41,341 nt of DNA from Trichomonas gallinae (Eukaryota): contig MRSU01009682.1 in NCBI GenBank assembly GCA_008369845.1, forward strand, positions 1 through 41,341, in the 5' to 3' direction. Shown one piece after another: positions 29,120-38,779 of the stretch. Below the pieces are notes generated by a model that saw only the letters and a list, made by a program, of their open reading frames with translations, was not told where the DNA came from and did no database searches. The number at the start of each line of letters is the position of its first letter. The first letter of the stretch is position 1. A program made the translations under genes and the position numbers.

Positions 29120-31657
29120 ATGGAAACTCTGCTGCAACTCGTTAATCAGCAGGGAGTAACACTCAAAGACATAGCAGAAAAGCTCAGATCTATGGACCCA
29201 AAGACTGCCAAAGTACCTGCAAAGGCCCGCCCAAAGATTTTGAACTTGTTAAAAGATGAAATTGGAAACAATCCGGAAAACGAGTTAATATTTGTAGTTT
29301 TAAGGCAATTATCTGGCGTAGACAAGTTCATAGACGAAATGGCAAGAGATTCTTTCCTTATTGCAAGCATATGCGACCAACTTTTAGTAGTATCGACAAA
29401 CAAAACTAAAAATGTGTTGTTAAGGACAGCATGCATTACAAGTGTGGACATAGCTTTAGGCAAATCAAGTAAACTTAAACTGCAACTCAGTCCTTCTATT
29501 TATGAATACGTTGCAAATAATTTCAAGAACGGTGAAGATGATAGAGTTATATTGTGCAAGTCCATAAAACTCCTACTTACAGAGATCAGCCATGACCAAG
29601 ATAGCAGAAGCATGTTAGCCAATAGATTTGTTGATGATGATTATAAATCTATCATGAATTATGCATATAATACATTTGATCCAACAGGTCAAGCATATTC
29701 AGCAGAATTTCTTTACAGAATGATACCGAAAATCGTTGAAAGAAAAAGTTCTGATGAAATGGAACAGTTACTTGGTGTTTTCTCAAAACTCCAACAAGTT
29801 TCTACTTCTGATTTCACGAATGGTATCCATAACTTCTTGAAATCGAGTATTAACGATGAAGTTCGAAATATTTATAGTTTCAAAGTAACAAACCTATCCA
29901 TTGGCGGATCATCTCTTAGTGATACTCACTGGATCTACATAGGTGACGAGAAGATCGTGTTCTGGATGTCGAAAAATGCAGTTTGGGAACCAAAAAGCAG
30001 CAAGAAATGTGATATTCTGATACTAAAGCACAGCGACATCAGAGGAATTTCTCTGCAAGAAGGTTTCTGGTGCATTGTTCTTGATGATCATTTTGATACT
30101 TTAGTCGAATGCTTCACAGATGAGAACAAATTATTATATTTCATTCCAAATGAAAAGAATGCATCAGAACTCCTCAAGATAGCGCAGAGCAGATATGGAA
30201 TAGTCGATGAGTCTTCAATCATAGTGAATCCACCAAAAAAGCAACCAAAATCAAAGAATTCTAAACCAAAACAAGTCCCAGAAACACCAAAGCCAGTTAT
30301 ATCTGAGAAAAAGCCAAAGAGTTCCAAAGATACACCAAAAACTCCAAGGCCGAAATTCAAAAATGCGAAAATTCCAACTCCTTCATTGTCTTCGCTAAAA
30401 CATCACACAGGAGCTTCGATAATAGAGGATTCTTCGGATGACTCTGATGTTCCAATCAGAAGAAAACTCGCCAAAATTCCGAAATTCCAATGTTCATCAG
30501 ATACATCAGAGGAAGAACCAGTAAAATTCAAGAAACCAGAACCAAAGATGACACCAAAGTTACAGTTCAACAATGACACACAAGTAAAACGTGTGAAAGC
30601 AGTAGAAGAAGAAATCGAAGAGAAGAAAAAGCTGATTTCCCCTAAAATTTCTAAAGCCAGAAGAGTGGATGAAATAAACACGGCGAGGAAACTCAGAGAA
30701 GAAGAAAAGAAGAGAAAGGAAGATGCCAAAAAACGGAAAGATGAGGAAGCGAGGCAAAAGAGGGAAGAAGAAAAGAAAAAGAAGGAAGAAGAGAAGAAAA
30801 AGAAACAAGAAGAAAGGAAGGCAAAGAAACTTAAAAAAGAGGAAGAAGCAAGACAAAGAAAAGAAGAGGAAGAAAAAAGACTCGCGAATCAGAAAAAAGA
30901 ACAAGAAAAGAAGAAAATAAAAGAAAAACCAATTGAATTATCTTTTTCAGAAGACGAGTCTCTTGAATCAGATGATGATCCAATAGAATCTGTTTCATCA
31001 GATGCTCCAAACATCAGTCAGTCATTCCCCGAACCAGTCAACGAAGAATTTACTCCTGTTGTTGAGATCAAAGAGAAACAACAAATACAGCAACAACAGG
31101 AACAGCCAAAAGAACCAGATGAAGCGCCAAGAATGGAAGTTAAGAAGAGAACATATGCACCTCAGACTTGGGAACTTGAGGCGTTCGAACAGTTGAAGAA
31201 TTTTGGGCAAAGCATCAGATCTAAACTGTCTGAAAGTCACAATGATGTTAACCAAGCCATTCAGAGGGCAACAGATCGTGCGATAGAAGATGTCACAAAA
31301 TACACGAATGAATGCGAAGAAAACTTGGAACAAATGAGAGCAAGTTTTGATGATGCTAGTTCAGCAGCATTCAACGACATCGTGAATAAGCAGAAGATGG
31401 TCAAAGAACTAGGCCAGCAACAGAGCGAGCACATAGAACAGATGCGGAAGGACTGCGCAATGCTCAAGAAGAGAGCAGCTGAAATGTTGAAGCGATTCGA
31501 ACAACAGAAGAATCAGCTCCTTCAGAACCAAGAGAAGCACATAGCACTTTTCCGAGAAGACCTTCTATCAGAAGTCAGTTCTGCTGTTTCTCAACGTCGT
31601 CGCGAATTCTCAAAGAAGAAAGTCCAGAAGCTTGTCAACCTCCTCGAAGAATTATAA
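29120..31657 (+). CDS. Candidate meiotic chromosome axis core protein (SYCP2/Red1/Rec10/ASY3-like)
   Basis: Helical ARM-like N-terminus ending DPTGQAYSAEFLYRM...FTNGIHNFL; beta-rich PH-like segment (NIYSFKV, HWIYIGDEKIVFW); long K/E/S/T-P-rich disordered middle; ~155 aa terminal coiled coil. The CDS is certain, the identity is inferred. Confidence 0.6.
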   Translation: METLLQLVNQQGVTLKDIAEKLRSMDPKTAKVPAKARPKILNLLKDEIGNNPENELIFVVLRQLSGVDKFIDEMARDSFLIASICDQLLVVSTNKTKNVLLRTACITSVDIALGKSSKLKLQLSPSIYEYVANNFKNGEDDRVILCKSIKLLLTEISHDQDSRSMLANRFVDDDYKSIMNYAYNTFDPTGQAYSAEFLYRMIPKIVERKSSDEMEQLLGVFSKLQQVSTSDFTNGIHNFLKSSINDEVRNIYSFKVTNLSIGGSSLSDTHWIYIGDEKIVFWMSKNAVWEPKSSKKCDILILKHSDIRGISLQEGFWCIVLDDHFDTLVECFTDENKLLYFIPNEKNASELLKIAQSRYGIVDESSIIVNPPKKQPKSKNSKPKQVPETPKPVISEKKPKSSKDTPKTPRPKFKNAKIPTPSLSSLKHHTGASIIEDSSDDSDVPIRRKLAKIPKFQCSSDTSEEEPVKFKKPEPKMTPKLQFNNDTQVKRVKAVEEEIEEKKKLISPKISKARRVDEINTARKLREEEKKRKEDAKKRKDEEARQKREEEKKKKEEEKKKKQEERKAKKLKKEEEARQRKEEEEKRLANQKKEQEKKKIKEKPIELSFSEDESLESDDDPIESVSSDAPNISQSFPEPVNEEFTPVVEIKEKQQIQQQQEQPKEPDEAPRMEVKKRTYAPQTWELEAFEQLKNFGQSIRSKLSESHNDVNQAIQRATDRAIEDVTKYTNECEENLEQMRASFDDASSAAFNDIVNKQKMVKELGQQQSEHIEQMRKDCAMLKKRAAEMLKRFEQQKNQLLQNQEKHIALFREDLLSEVSSAVSQRRREFSKKKVQKLVNLLEEL

Positions 31658-31875
31658 CCATTTTTTTTTAAAATCCTAATTTTTATTTATATTCAATAAA
31701 TTCGGCAAAATTAAGTTTTGTTAATTAAGATTATAGATTCCGAAGCAAATTTTGATGAGATATTGAATTGTTTTGGTTCGTTTTTCAAAATTTAAAATAT
31801 AATTTTCTAATATTCGTTTTATTTTTAAATAACAAAGCACAATAACGTAAATACAGGTAAGAAATGCAAACAACT

Positions 31876-32148
31876 TCAAGAGAATCGACTTCCAAGCAAG
31901 TAGTTTCTCCTCATATTTGCTAAGAAGATCAAACCGGCAGCGAGAGCTCCAAATACTACGAATAATTTGATAGCGAGTAAGTATCCAAGACTATCTGTTG
32001 GTTTGCAAGATTCGTATTTTTCGTTCTTTATGTGAATATATCCAGTTTCGTGGCAAGCATCGATTTTTGAGAACTGCGATCCTCTGCAAGGGATACACTG
32101 CCCTTCATTCTCACCAGAAAGAACTGAAACAACAAAGAAAAGTAACAT
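31876..32148 (-). CDS. JTB-like small type I membrane protein
   Basis: ATG at 32148 (the ORF-track start is GTG) gives 90 aa: signal peptide, CIPC..CHETGY..YESC, TM helix, basic RR tail; AAAGTGAC just upstream (32159-32166, minus strand). Confidence 0.7.
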   Translation of the reverse strand: MLLFFVVSVLSGENEGQCIPCRGSQFSKIDACHETGYIHIKNEKYESCKPTDSLGYLLAIKLFVVFGALAAGLIFLANMRRNYLLGSRFS

Positions 32149-32633
32149 ATAAAAAATTGTCACTTTTAAACAATTCGATAATTTATGACATATTCACTTT
32201 ACATCTATTTAAATCCAAAAATTACATGACAAAAATTAAATTTTACATATCAAATAAAAAATTAAACGTCAAAAAGCTACAATTACAAGTCATATATATA
32301 AACTATACAACAAGTAAAACAAATTACATGTCAAATTTCAAAAAGGTATGTGATCTTTCGTATGATTAATCAGATTTAGCAAATAAATTTAATGATATTT
32401 GTTACAGATAGATATATAGAAGATAAACTGCTATGCCAAGTCAGCCCATGATTTTGCTTTTCGGGGATTATAAGAACAGACTGTTTTCGATGCAACTATT
32501 ATATAAAGTAATAAAATCAAATCTGACATGTAAACTTTGGTGACACTTTATAATAAATGATATATCCTGCACAGACATCATCAAACAAGTCCGAAAAAGA
32601 TAAAAAAAAAATAAAAAATTGACAGATTCGAAG

Positions 32634-35063
32634 ATGATAAAAGAAAACTGTGCTTGCGAAATTCCAAGCACGATGGATGAATTCGAATCTGCGATGGGAA
32701 GCTATAAAATTAACTATGAGGAACTTCAAATCGATTCACTTCTGACGGATACAATTTCATATTCGACATATAACGCGACAAATACTATAACAGAAGAACG
32801 AACTTGTTTATTCGAATTCCAGACTATACAGAACAAGAAATCAGATTTCTTTAACATCGCTTTTACTGCAGGAAGTTTTAATAATCAGTTTTTAATGCCG
32901 TTAAAAGGATATTTCACAGCACCCAAAATCGGGATGATCACAGACCATTATCCTTACGGCAATCTTAGAGATATTTTTCTTAATTATAAAGATGTCCATT
33001 TAACACCAAACCATAAAACAGTAATTGCGCTATGCATTGCATATGGAATGATGAAGCTACACGAAAGAAAGTTCATACATGGAAATCTACAACTATCAAA
33101 TATTTATATGAATCACGAAAAGCTTCCTGTTATCTGCGGATTCGATAAAGTTAACACATATCCAGACAAAAGCCAAGATCCGCGATATTTAGCCCCAGAA
33201 GTTTTAAATCAGAAAGAAATCGATAATAAAATCGATGTTTACGCGTTTGCTTACATATTATACGAAATGACAGAGGAAACAATAGCATTCGAAGAATACA
33301 CAATCAGCCAGATTCGAGCTCTTCTCCAATCAGGTGCATATCCAAGATTTACAAAAACTCCTCCTTCGATCGCCAAACTGATAAATTCGTGCTGGCAGCA
33401 GAGCCCTGTTCAACGTCCAACGTTTGCGGACATTTTTTCTATGATTGCGGAAGGAAAAGTTTTATATCCTGGAACTGATCCAAAAGAAATACAGCAATAT
33501 GCTATAAGCCTCAATCAGAACAGAAAGCGTGACTTCAAATACGATTCTAGGATGGGATTTGGATCCGAGGATTTTTCTCAAGGAAAAGCCAAGAATCAAA
33601 TAGTACACAAGACAATACGCATCAATTACAACATTGCTGAAAATTCTTTAGACGCAAATACGCTTGTAAATTATATTCAATCATTATTCGAAAAAATACC
33701 TAAATCAGATTATCAAGCTATCTTCGAAATCATAAACTATCACATGAAGAATTCATCGCCATCAGTTGTTCAGGCTTTTGCGAATCTTGTTTATCATCAA
33801 ATATTTATCGATGATGATTTCAGAAAAATTCTAGTGAAAAACGATTTTTTGAACAATATTCCAATTATATCTCAGACAACACTGCAAATCTCCATGGATA
33901 TCATTGCTTTTTTTATTACAAAAGCCCCTTCTTATCTAAATGAATCAATGAACCAATTGTTTGATTTATTTATCCATTTGGCTCCTTCAGAGTCATTGGC
34001 TTTATTCCATCACGTTATCAATAACAAATTACCGAATTTATTTATTTACAAAATATTTTTGTCATATGCGAAGATATTCATGGACGATACATATATTAGG
34101 CGATATTCTGTTGCCCTGTGCACAGCATTTCAACTAGATTTTTTTAAGGATAATTTTAAAGAAGACTTTTATTCCGTTTACATTGATGGTCTCAACCATA
34201 GCTCCTTGAAAGTGAAGATTTGGTCATATTATTGCTTGATTCCGAACGTTCCACAAGATTATAAATGGGATGTAAGCAAAATTATTCCACATATATTCGA
34301 TCCTAACCTTTCTGTTTATTGTATAAGACTTCTTTTACTGATTGACATCAAAATTCCGCCTTCTCCAAAACTTTTCAGTCAGTTATTCATTCTTTCTCGA
34401 ACAAAACAGCAACATTCTTTTCTTTTGCTGTGCAAATACATGTCATTGTCAGTAGAACACGTCAGATCATCTCAAATGAACATTTGGCTGCCCGTTCTTC
34501 AAAATCAAGGAGATATTGATCAAGGATTCACTTTATTGCTTATTGCTTCAACATTTATATCAAGTGAGACAATTTTACCGTCAATTCCAGGAATATTCGA
34601 CTTTATTTTGATATTATCTCAAAAAATTAGAAATATTGTTCCAAAAGACAACAACAAGCTTCCAGATGAGACAATCGCGTTCATCAAACTGCTAGCAAGC
34701 ATCCAGTTCAAGGAACAAGACACAGAGAACCCAGAACTAATTCAATTATATTCATCTTGCCTTCAAGCAACAATTCATGCGCAAGACAAAGATACTATCA
34801 TGGCTGGAATCATGCTGCTGCAAATGGCAGCGAGAATCGTTTATTTAAGCGATTATGTCAATATGATTCCAAAGCTGAAGTTTTTGCTGAAGCCTGAATA
34901 TGGTTATATCAATATTCTCATTCCTGCGCTCACAGAGATGGTGAAATATGAAGGAATGGCTGATATTATGAGAAATCAGGGAATTGTGAAGATTTTGTAT
35001 GATCTTTCTTCTTATTCACAGCTTAAGGACCAAATAACGAAGTTTTTATCCTACTTCGAGTAA
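32634..35063 (+). CDS. TKL-type protein kinase-like domain (probable pseudokinase) with helical ARM/HEAT-like C-terminus
   Basis: IAYGMMKLH, FIHGNLQLSNI, YLAPEV, KIDVYAFAYILYEM, LINSCWQQSPVQRPTF. The ORF-track start is TTG; candidate ATGs are at 32634 and 32673. Confidence 0.85.
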   Translation: MIKENCACEIPSTMDEFESAMGSYKINYEELQIDSLLTDTISYSTYNATNTITEERTCLFEFQTIQNKKSDFFNIAFTAGSFNNQFLMPLKGYFTAPKIGMITDHYPYGNLRDIFLNYKDVHLTPNHKTVIALCIAYGMMKLHERKFIHGNLQLSNIYMNHEKLPVICGFDKVNTYPDKSQDPRYLAPEVLNQKEIDNKIDVYAFAYILYEMTEETIAFEEYTISQIRALLQSGAYPRFTKTPPSIAKLINSCWQQSPVQRPTFADIFSMIAEGKVLYPGTDPKEIQQYAISLNQNRKRDFKYDSRMGFGSEDFSQGKAKNQIVHKTIRINYNIAENSLDANTLVNYIQSLFEKIPKSDYQAIFEIINYHMKNSSPSVVQAFANLVYHQIFIDDDFRKILVKNDFLNNIPIISQTTLQISMDIIAFFITKAPSYLNESMNQLFDLFIHLAPSESLALFHHVINNKLPNLFIYKIFLSYAKIFMDDTYIRRYSVALCTAFQLDFFKDNFKEDFYSVYIDGLNHSSLKVKIWSYYCLIPNVPQDYKWDVSKIIPHIFDPNLSVYCIRLLLLIDIKIPPSPKLFSQLFILSRTKQQHSFLLLCKYMSLSVEHVRSSQMNIWLPVLQNQGDIDQGFTLLLIASTFISSETILPSIPGIFDFILILSQKIRNIVPKDNNKLPDETIAFIKLLASIQFKEQDTENPELIQLYSSCLQATIHAQDKDTIMAGIMLLQMAARIVYLSDYVNMIPKLKFLLKPEYGYINILIPALTEMVKYEGMADIMRNQGIVKILYDLSSYSQLKDQITKFLSYFE

Positions 35064-35549
35064 TTTTTTATGTAAACTTTTGTTTGTATTTTTTTTATTT
35101 TCAATTTATTTTCATTTTTATGAGTTATGAACAAATTGTTCATATAAAACTTTAGAAATCAAGATATAATATTTTGCTATTTAAGTTGTTTCTTGAAATA
35201 AACAAATTTATAAATTTTCCTAATTTAATAAATGTTAAACAACTATAAAACACACTCTATATTTTATTATAGCTGCGTAAAACTCTATTGCAATCATTTA
35301 TTTATTGCTATACGCTTAAAAAAATATTGAATAATATAAAATATAACAAATTTCTTATATATGAATGGAATATAAATATTAAAGTAAAGGATTTCACTTT
35401 TTCCCATGATATTTGATGATTCATGTATTTATTAGCAAAAATAAATTTATTTTAGAATTACAGGTTGATTTACATAGATATTCACACATGTGAAAAAAGG
35501 ATGATTTACATAGTTCAATGGAGTAGCTTTATATAGTATAAACAAATAA

Positions 35550-36266
35550 TTAAAGTCCCGCTTGTTCTCTTCTTTGAGCTGCAATTTTCTCTTTGATTCT
35601 CTTCTTTTCAAGCAAATCTTGCAATCTTTTGTTTTGCTCTTCAGCGATTTTCTTTTTATATTCTCTTTCTTCGTAAGCAGCTCTTCCTGGGTCATATCCT
35701 GCTGTTGTTTTCACTAAGACATCAGCGATATCCTTCTTAGGGCCTTCAGTTGGCAATAAAGGCTTAGTTAATTCTACAACTTCTTGAGCAGCTTCATAAA
35801 TCGAAGGGACGAACTTGTCAATGAGGTGGCCCATCTTAAAAACAACAACAGTTGGATTTGCTATGATTTCGTGTTTATCTAAAAATTCTCTTTCGATATC
35901 ATTTGCAATTTGAACGTCGCACCAATAAAATTCGGCGAATGGGATCTTATCTATATATGTTGGATAGATTTCTTTGACCCATCTTGTTGGATCTTCGTAT
36001 TTTGTATTGCATAAAGCGCAAATGATAACCCTAGGGAAACACTGCGCTATTTCCATTGTAGTTTGCTGGTTGTTGATGTTTGACGGTATTTTGTGAATAG
36101 TAAAAGCTCCTGGATTATGAGTAATTGCGCTGACTTTGTTACAAGCCTGAGTGACGTTTAATTCGCATGTAAGATCTGTCCAAACATGCACCGTGCCGTT
36201 GATCGCATCCTTCTTCTGCTCTTCGACTTCTTTGATCAATCGCTCTAAGGAAGTACGCGATGTCAT
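35550..36266 (-). CDS. Thioredoxin-fold (phosducin-like) protein with charged C-terminal helix
   Basis: FYWCDV...FLDKHEIIANPTVVVFKMGHLIDKF is typical of the Trx-fold C-terminal half (cis-Pro PT); no canonical WCxxC; AAAGTGAC upstream (36273-36280, minus strand). Confidence 0.65.
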   Translation of the reverse strand: MTSRTSLERLIKEVEEQKKDAINGTVHVWTDLTCELNVTQACNKVSAITHNPGAFTIHKIPSNINNQQTTMEIAQCFPRVIICALCNTKYEDPTRWVKEIYPTYIDKIPFAEFYWCDVQIANDIEREFLDKHEIIANPTVVVFKMGHLIDKFVPSIYEAAQEVVELTKPLLPTEGPKKDIADVLVKTTAGYDPGRAAYEEREYKKKIAEEQNKRLQDLLEKKRIKEKIAAQRREQAGL

Positions 36267-36786
36267 ATTATTGTCACTTTTTATATTTTTTTTGACAATT
36301 GTTGGTAAATTTTAAAACTAAAAATCGCCAAATCTCTACAAAATCATTATCAAAACCACAAAATATTTATAACATATTAGAATATTAATCTGTAGCTTCT
36401 ATTTTTTATAATTAGAATAATCATAACTAAACTTTTTGTAAATTTTCAAATCTTTATTTTTCCTTGTTTTATCATATCATTATAATTACTATATATTTTA
36501 AAAATGTAAGTCTAATTCAACATATTATATAATATATATTGAGTCCAAATCGTTCAAGAATCTTTTTTGCAATAATTTTCTTATAATTGCAACTGACTTG
36601 TTTGATTAGTTAGTATTTATCAATGTAGTGTTTTATGAAACGATATAGATATACTCGAACTCATCATATATGAAGTTTTGTTGCTTGGTTTTGGTTTTGT
36701 TTTGTAAAATATTTTACATGTCAAAATAAATTGAATTGGTATCGATTATATAAACAATTTGATGTTGTGATTGATATTACAGTGCA

Positions 36787-37191
36787 ATGTCTATATTGAG
36801 GCAATTAAATGCATCCAGGCCTTCACAGAATATCAATCCAAATGTTGACACAGCGAAAATCCATGATACAACATTACCAGGTTCATATAATGAAGTTGCA
36901 ACAAAAATATTTGCATACATTCAGCAACATCCCAGCTTTCAGCTAAACCAGATGGCAAATGACATAAGATGTGATTTGGGTCGTATTCGGGAGACTGTTA
37001 ATGTTTTAATTTTTTTTAACTTTGTAACATATGAGAAAACAAAACCAAGATTGTACAAATGGTGCAGCCAGGTACCTCGTGAAAATCCAATTGATATACA
37101 AAGTGTTCTTACAAGAATTTTGCAAACCCAACAAAATGTTCCATCTGATACCTTGTCAATCAATGCTATTGATGATCTTGACATTATATAA
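36787..37191 (+). CDS. E2F/DP-like winged-helix protein (divergent)
   Basis: FQLNQMANDI...RIRETVNVLIFFNFV..K...YKW parallels the E2F pattern LN.AA..L...RRIYDITNVL..IGLI.K....W. Confidence 0.65.
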   Translation: MSILRQLNASRPSQNINPNVDTAKIHDTTLPGSYNEVATKIFAYIQQHPSFQLNQMANDIRCDLGRIRETVNVLIFFNFVTYEKTKPRLYKWCSQVPRENPIDIQSVLTRILQTQQNVPSDTLSINAIDDLDII

Positions 37192-37338
37192 CTGATTCTC
37201 ATGTATTTTTATTTAACATTGCGATTTTTAAAAATTTGATCAATAAATATCATTAATCAATAAATATCAATGCCGAATTCAATCTTTATAAAACATATAT
37301 ATTAATATCATAAGCATTTTATGCATTATAATGGATTA

Positions 37339-37651
37339 GAGCAAGATCAACAGAAGGCACCATTTCTGAGGCATATAAAGTCTCATGAGAGCTTCTTAGA
37401 CTATGTATGGATCAGAAATAGTGCCTGAATCAATGTGAATTTAAATACGGAATTATAGAGAGAAAGAGTGTGAAGGGAGCTTATGAGACTGTGTGCGCCT
37501 CAGAAATGGCGCCTTCTGTTGATCTCGCTCGAGATCTAAACTTCGATGAATTTAGATTTCGAGCAAGATCAACAGAAATTGATGTCACTTGTCTGCAACA
37601 AAGCATCATGTTGTAATATAATGCTTTGCCGCAGACAAGTGGCACTCGCTC
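37339..37651. other. Multi-hairpin foldback element flanked by TTA (candidate hairpin RNA or Harbinger-type MITE)
   Basis: Long inverted repeat 37339-37397 vs 37473-37530; near-palindrome 37514-37577; hairpin 37583-37644; 17-mer GAGCAAGATCAACAGAA at 37339 and 37561; TTA at 37336-37338 and 37652-37654. Confidence 0.8.
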
Positions 37652-38329
37652 TTACCAGTTTCTAGAAAAAGATGAAATCTTCAGAAAGTGTCATTTTTAA
37701 AATTTTGAGACCCCGTTTTAGATCTGTCACTTTTGGGTAACTTACGTGTCAAATTTGACATGTAAATCTATCACTTTTCATTCCGAATTTCGGTAAAGGG
37801 CAAAATTTTATAGAAATTGAAACTGTTCTTTGTGATTTTAATTGAAATTTGAATTGTCAAAAAATTTTATATATTTTTTTTAATAATGCACAATTAGACA
37901 ATTTCCTTCATCTATTTATCAACTCTTCTTTATATATTACTATTTGCATCCTCAATTCTTAATTCAATTTTTTTCAAATCGTAATATTACCTTTTGATCT
38001 TTGTTATATAAATGCTCATATGCATAGTAATCTGAATATTCATATTATTTAAGATGAAAACAATATTTGAAATTGTCTGAAATCGTTATTTTGAGAAATG
38101 AGCATAGATTTAGTGGTAAATGCTCTTTAATTGCAGACAAAAAGCAAAAGAACAACAATAGATAACTAATTTCAAAATTATTTTTCAAAATTGCAAAAAT
38201 ATTGTTTGAAGAATTTGTAGACTAAAGCCATGGTCCATAATAAATATCAAGTAATATCAATTAGCCGGTGACTTGGAAATGGCTCAAAAAATTAATATGT
38301 AATGAAATAAAAAAAGTTTAAAATAAAAA

Positions 38330-38779
38330 TTACTTACCGAGGGCGAGAGCACGGAACTCAGCGTAATCAATTTTACCATCGCGGTTCTTGTCTGCCTCGT
38401 TAATCATCCTACGTACAACTTCCGCTGAAGAATCAAGGCCTAAGCTAATTAAAAGTGAACGAAGCTCGTTTGGTGTAATGAAACCATCTGTATCGCGATC
38501 GAATACTCTGAATGCTTCTCTTAATTCATCCTCGATATCGCTCTGTCTCATCTGGCGTGACATTAAAGCTAAAAATTCTGTGAAATCGATTGTATCATTT
38601 CCATCGGCATCGACTTCTCTGATCATATCCTGGAGTTCGTTAGCTGTTGGTGATTGACCGATTGCTCTCATGACTGCGGCGAGATCATCTACTGTGATGA
38701 CGCCGTCACCATTCCTGTCAATGATATCGAAGGCCTGGCGGAATTCCTGGATCTGATCTGCTGTCAAGGTCTCTACCAT
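38330..38779 (-). CDS. Calmodulin-like EF-hand protein
   Basis: 149 aa; [48 protein letters not shown]; four EF-hand loops. Confidence 0.92.
   Translation of the reverse strand: MVETLTADQIQEFRQAFDIIDRNGDGVITVDDLAAVMRAIGQSPTANELQDMIREVDADGNDTIDFTEFLALMSRQMRQSDIEDELREAFRVFDRDTDGFITPNELRSLLISLGLDSSAEVVRRMINEADKNRDGKIDYAEFRALALGK

Noticed and set aside
30690..30930. K/E-rich purine run as a separate repeat element
   Set aside because: It is the charged low-complexity segment of the 845-aa CDS.
31998..32369. 123-aa + strand ORF; also 39512-39907 (-) and 17894-18358 (-)
   Set aside because: They overlap better-supported genes and run into AT-rich intergenic DNA with non-coding composition.
37481..37616. 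Short ORFs inside the foldback element (42 aa on minus, 36 aa on plus)
   Set aside because: Short, no homology cues, and explained by the palindromic sequence.
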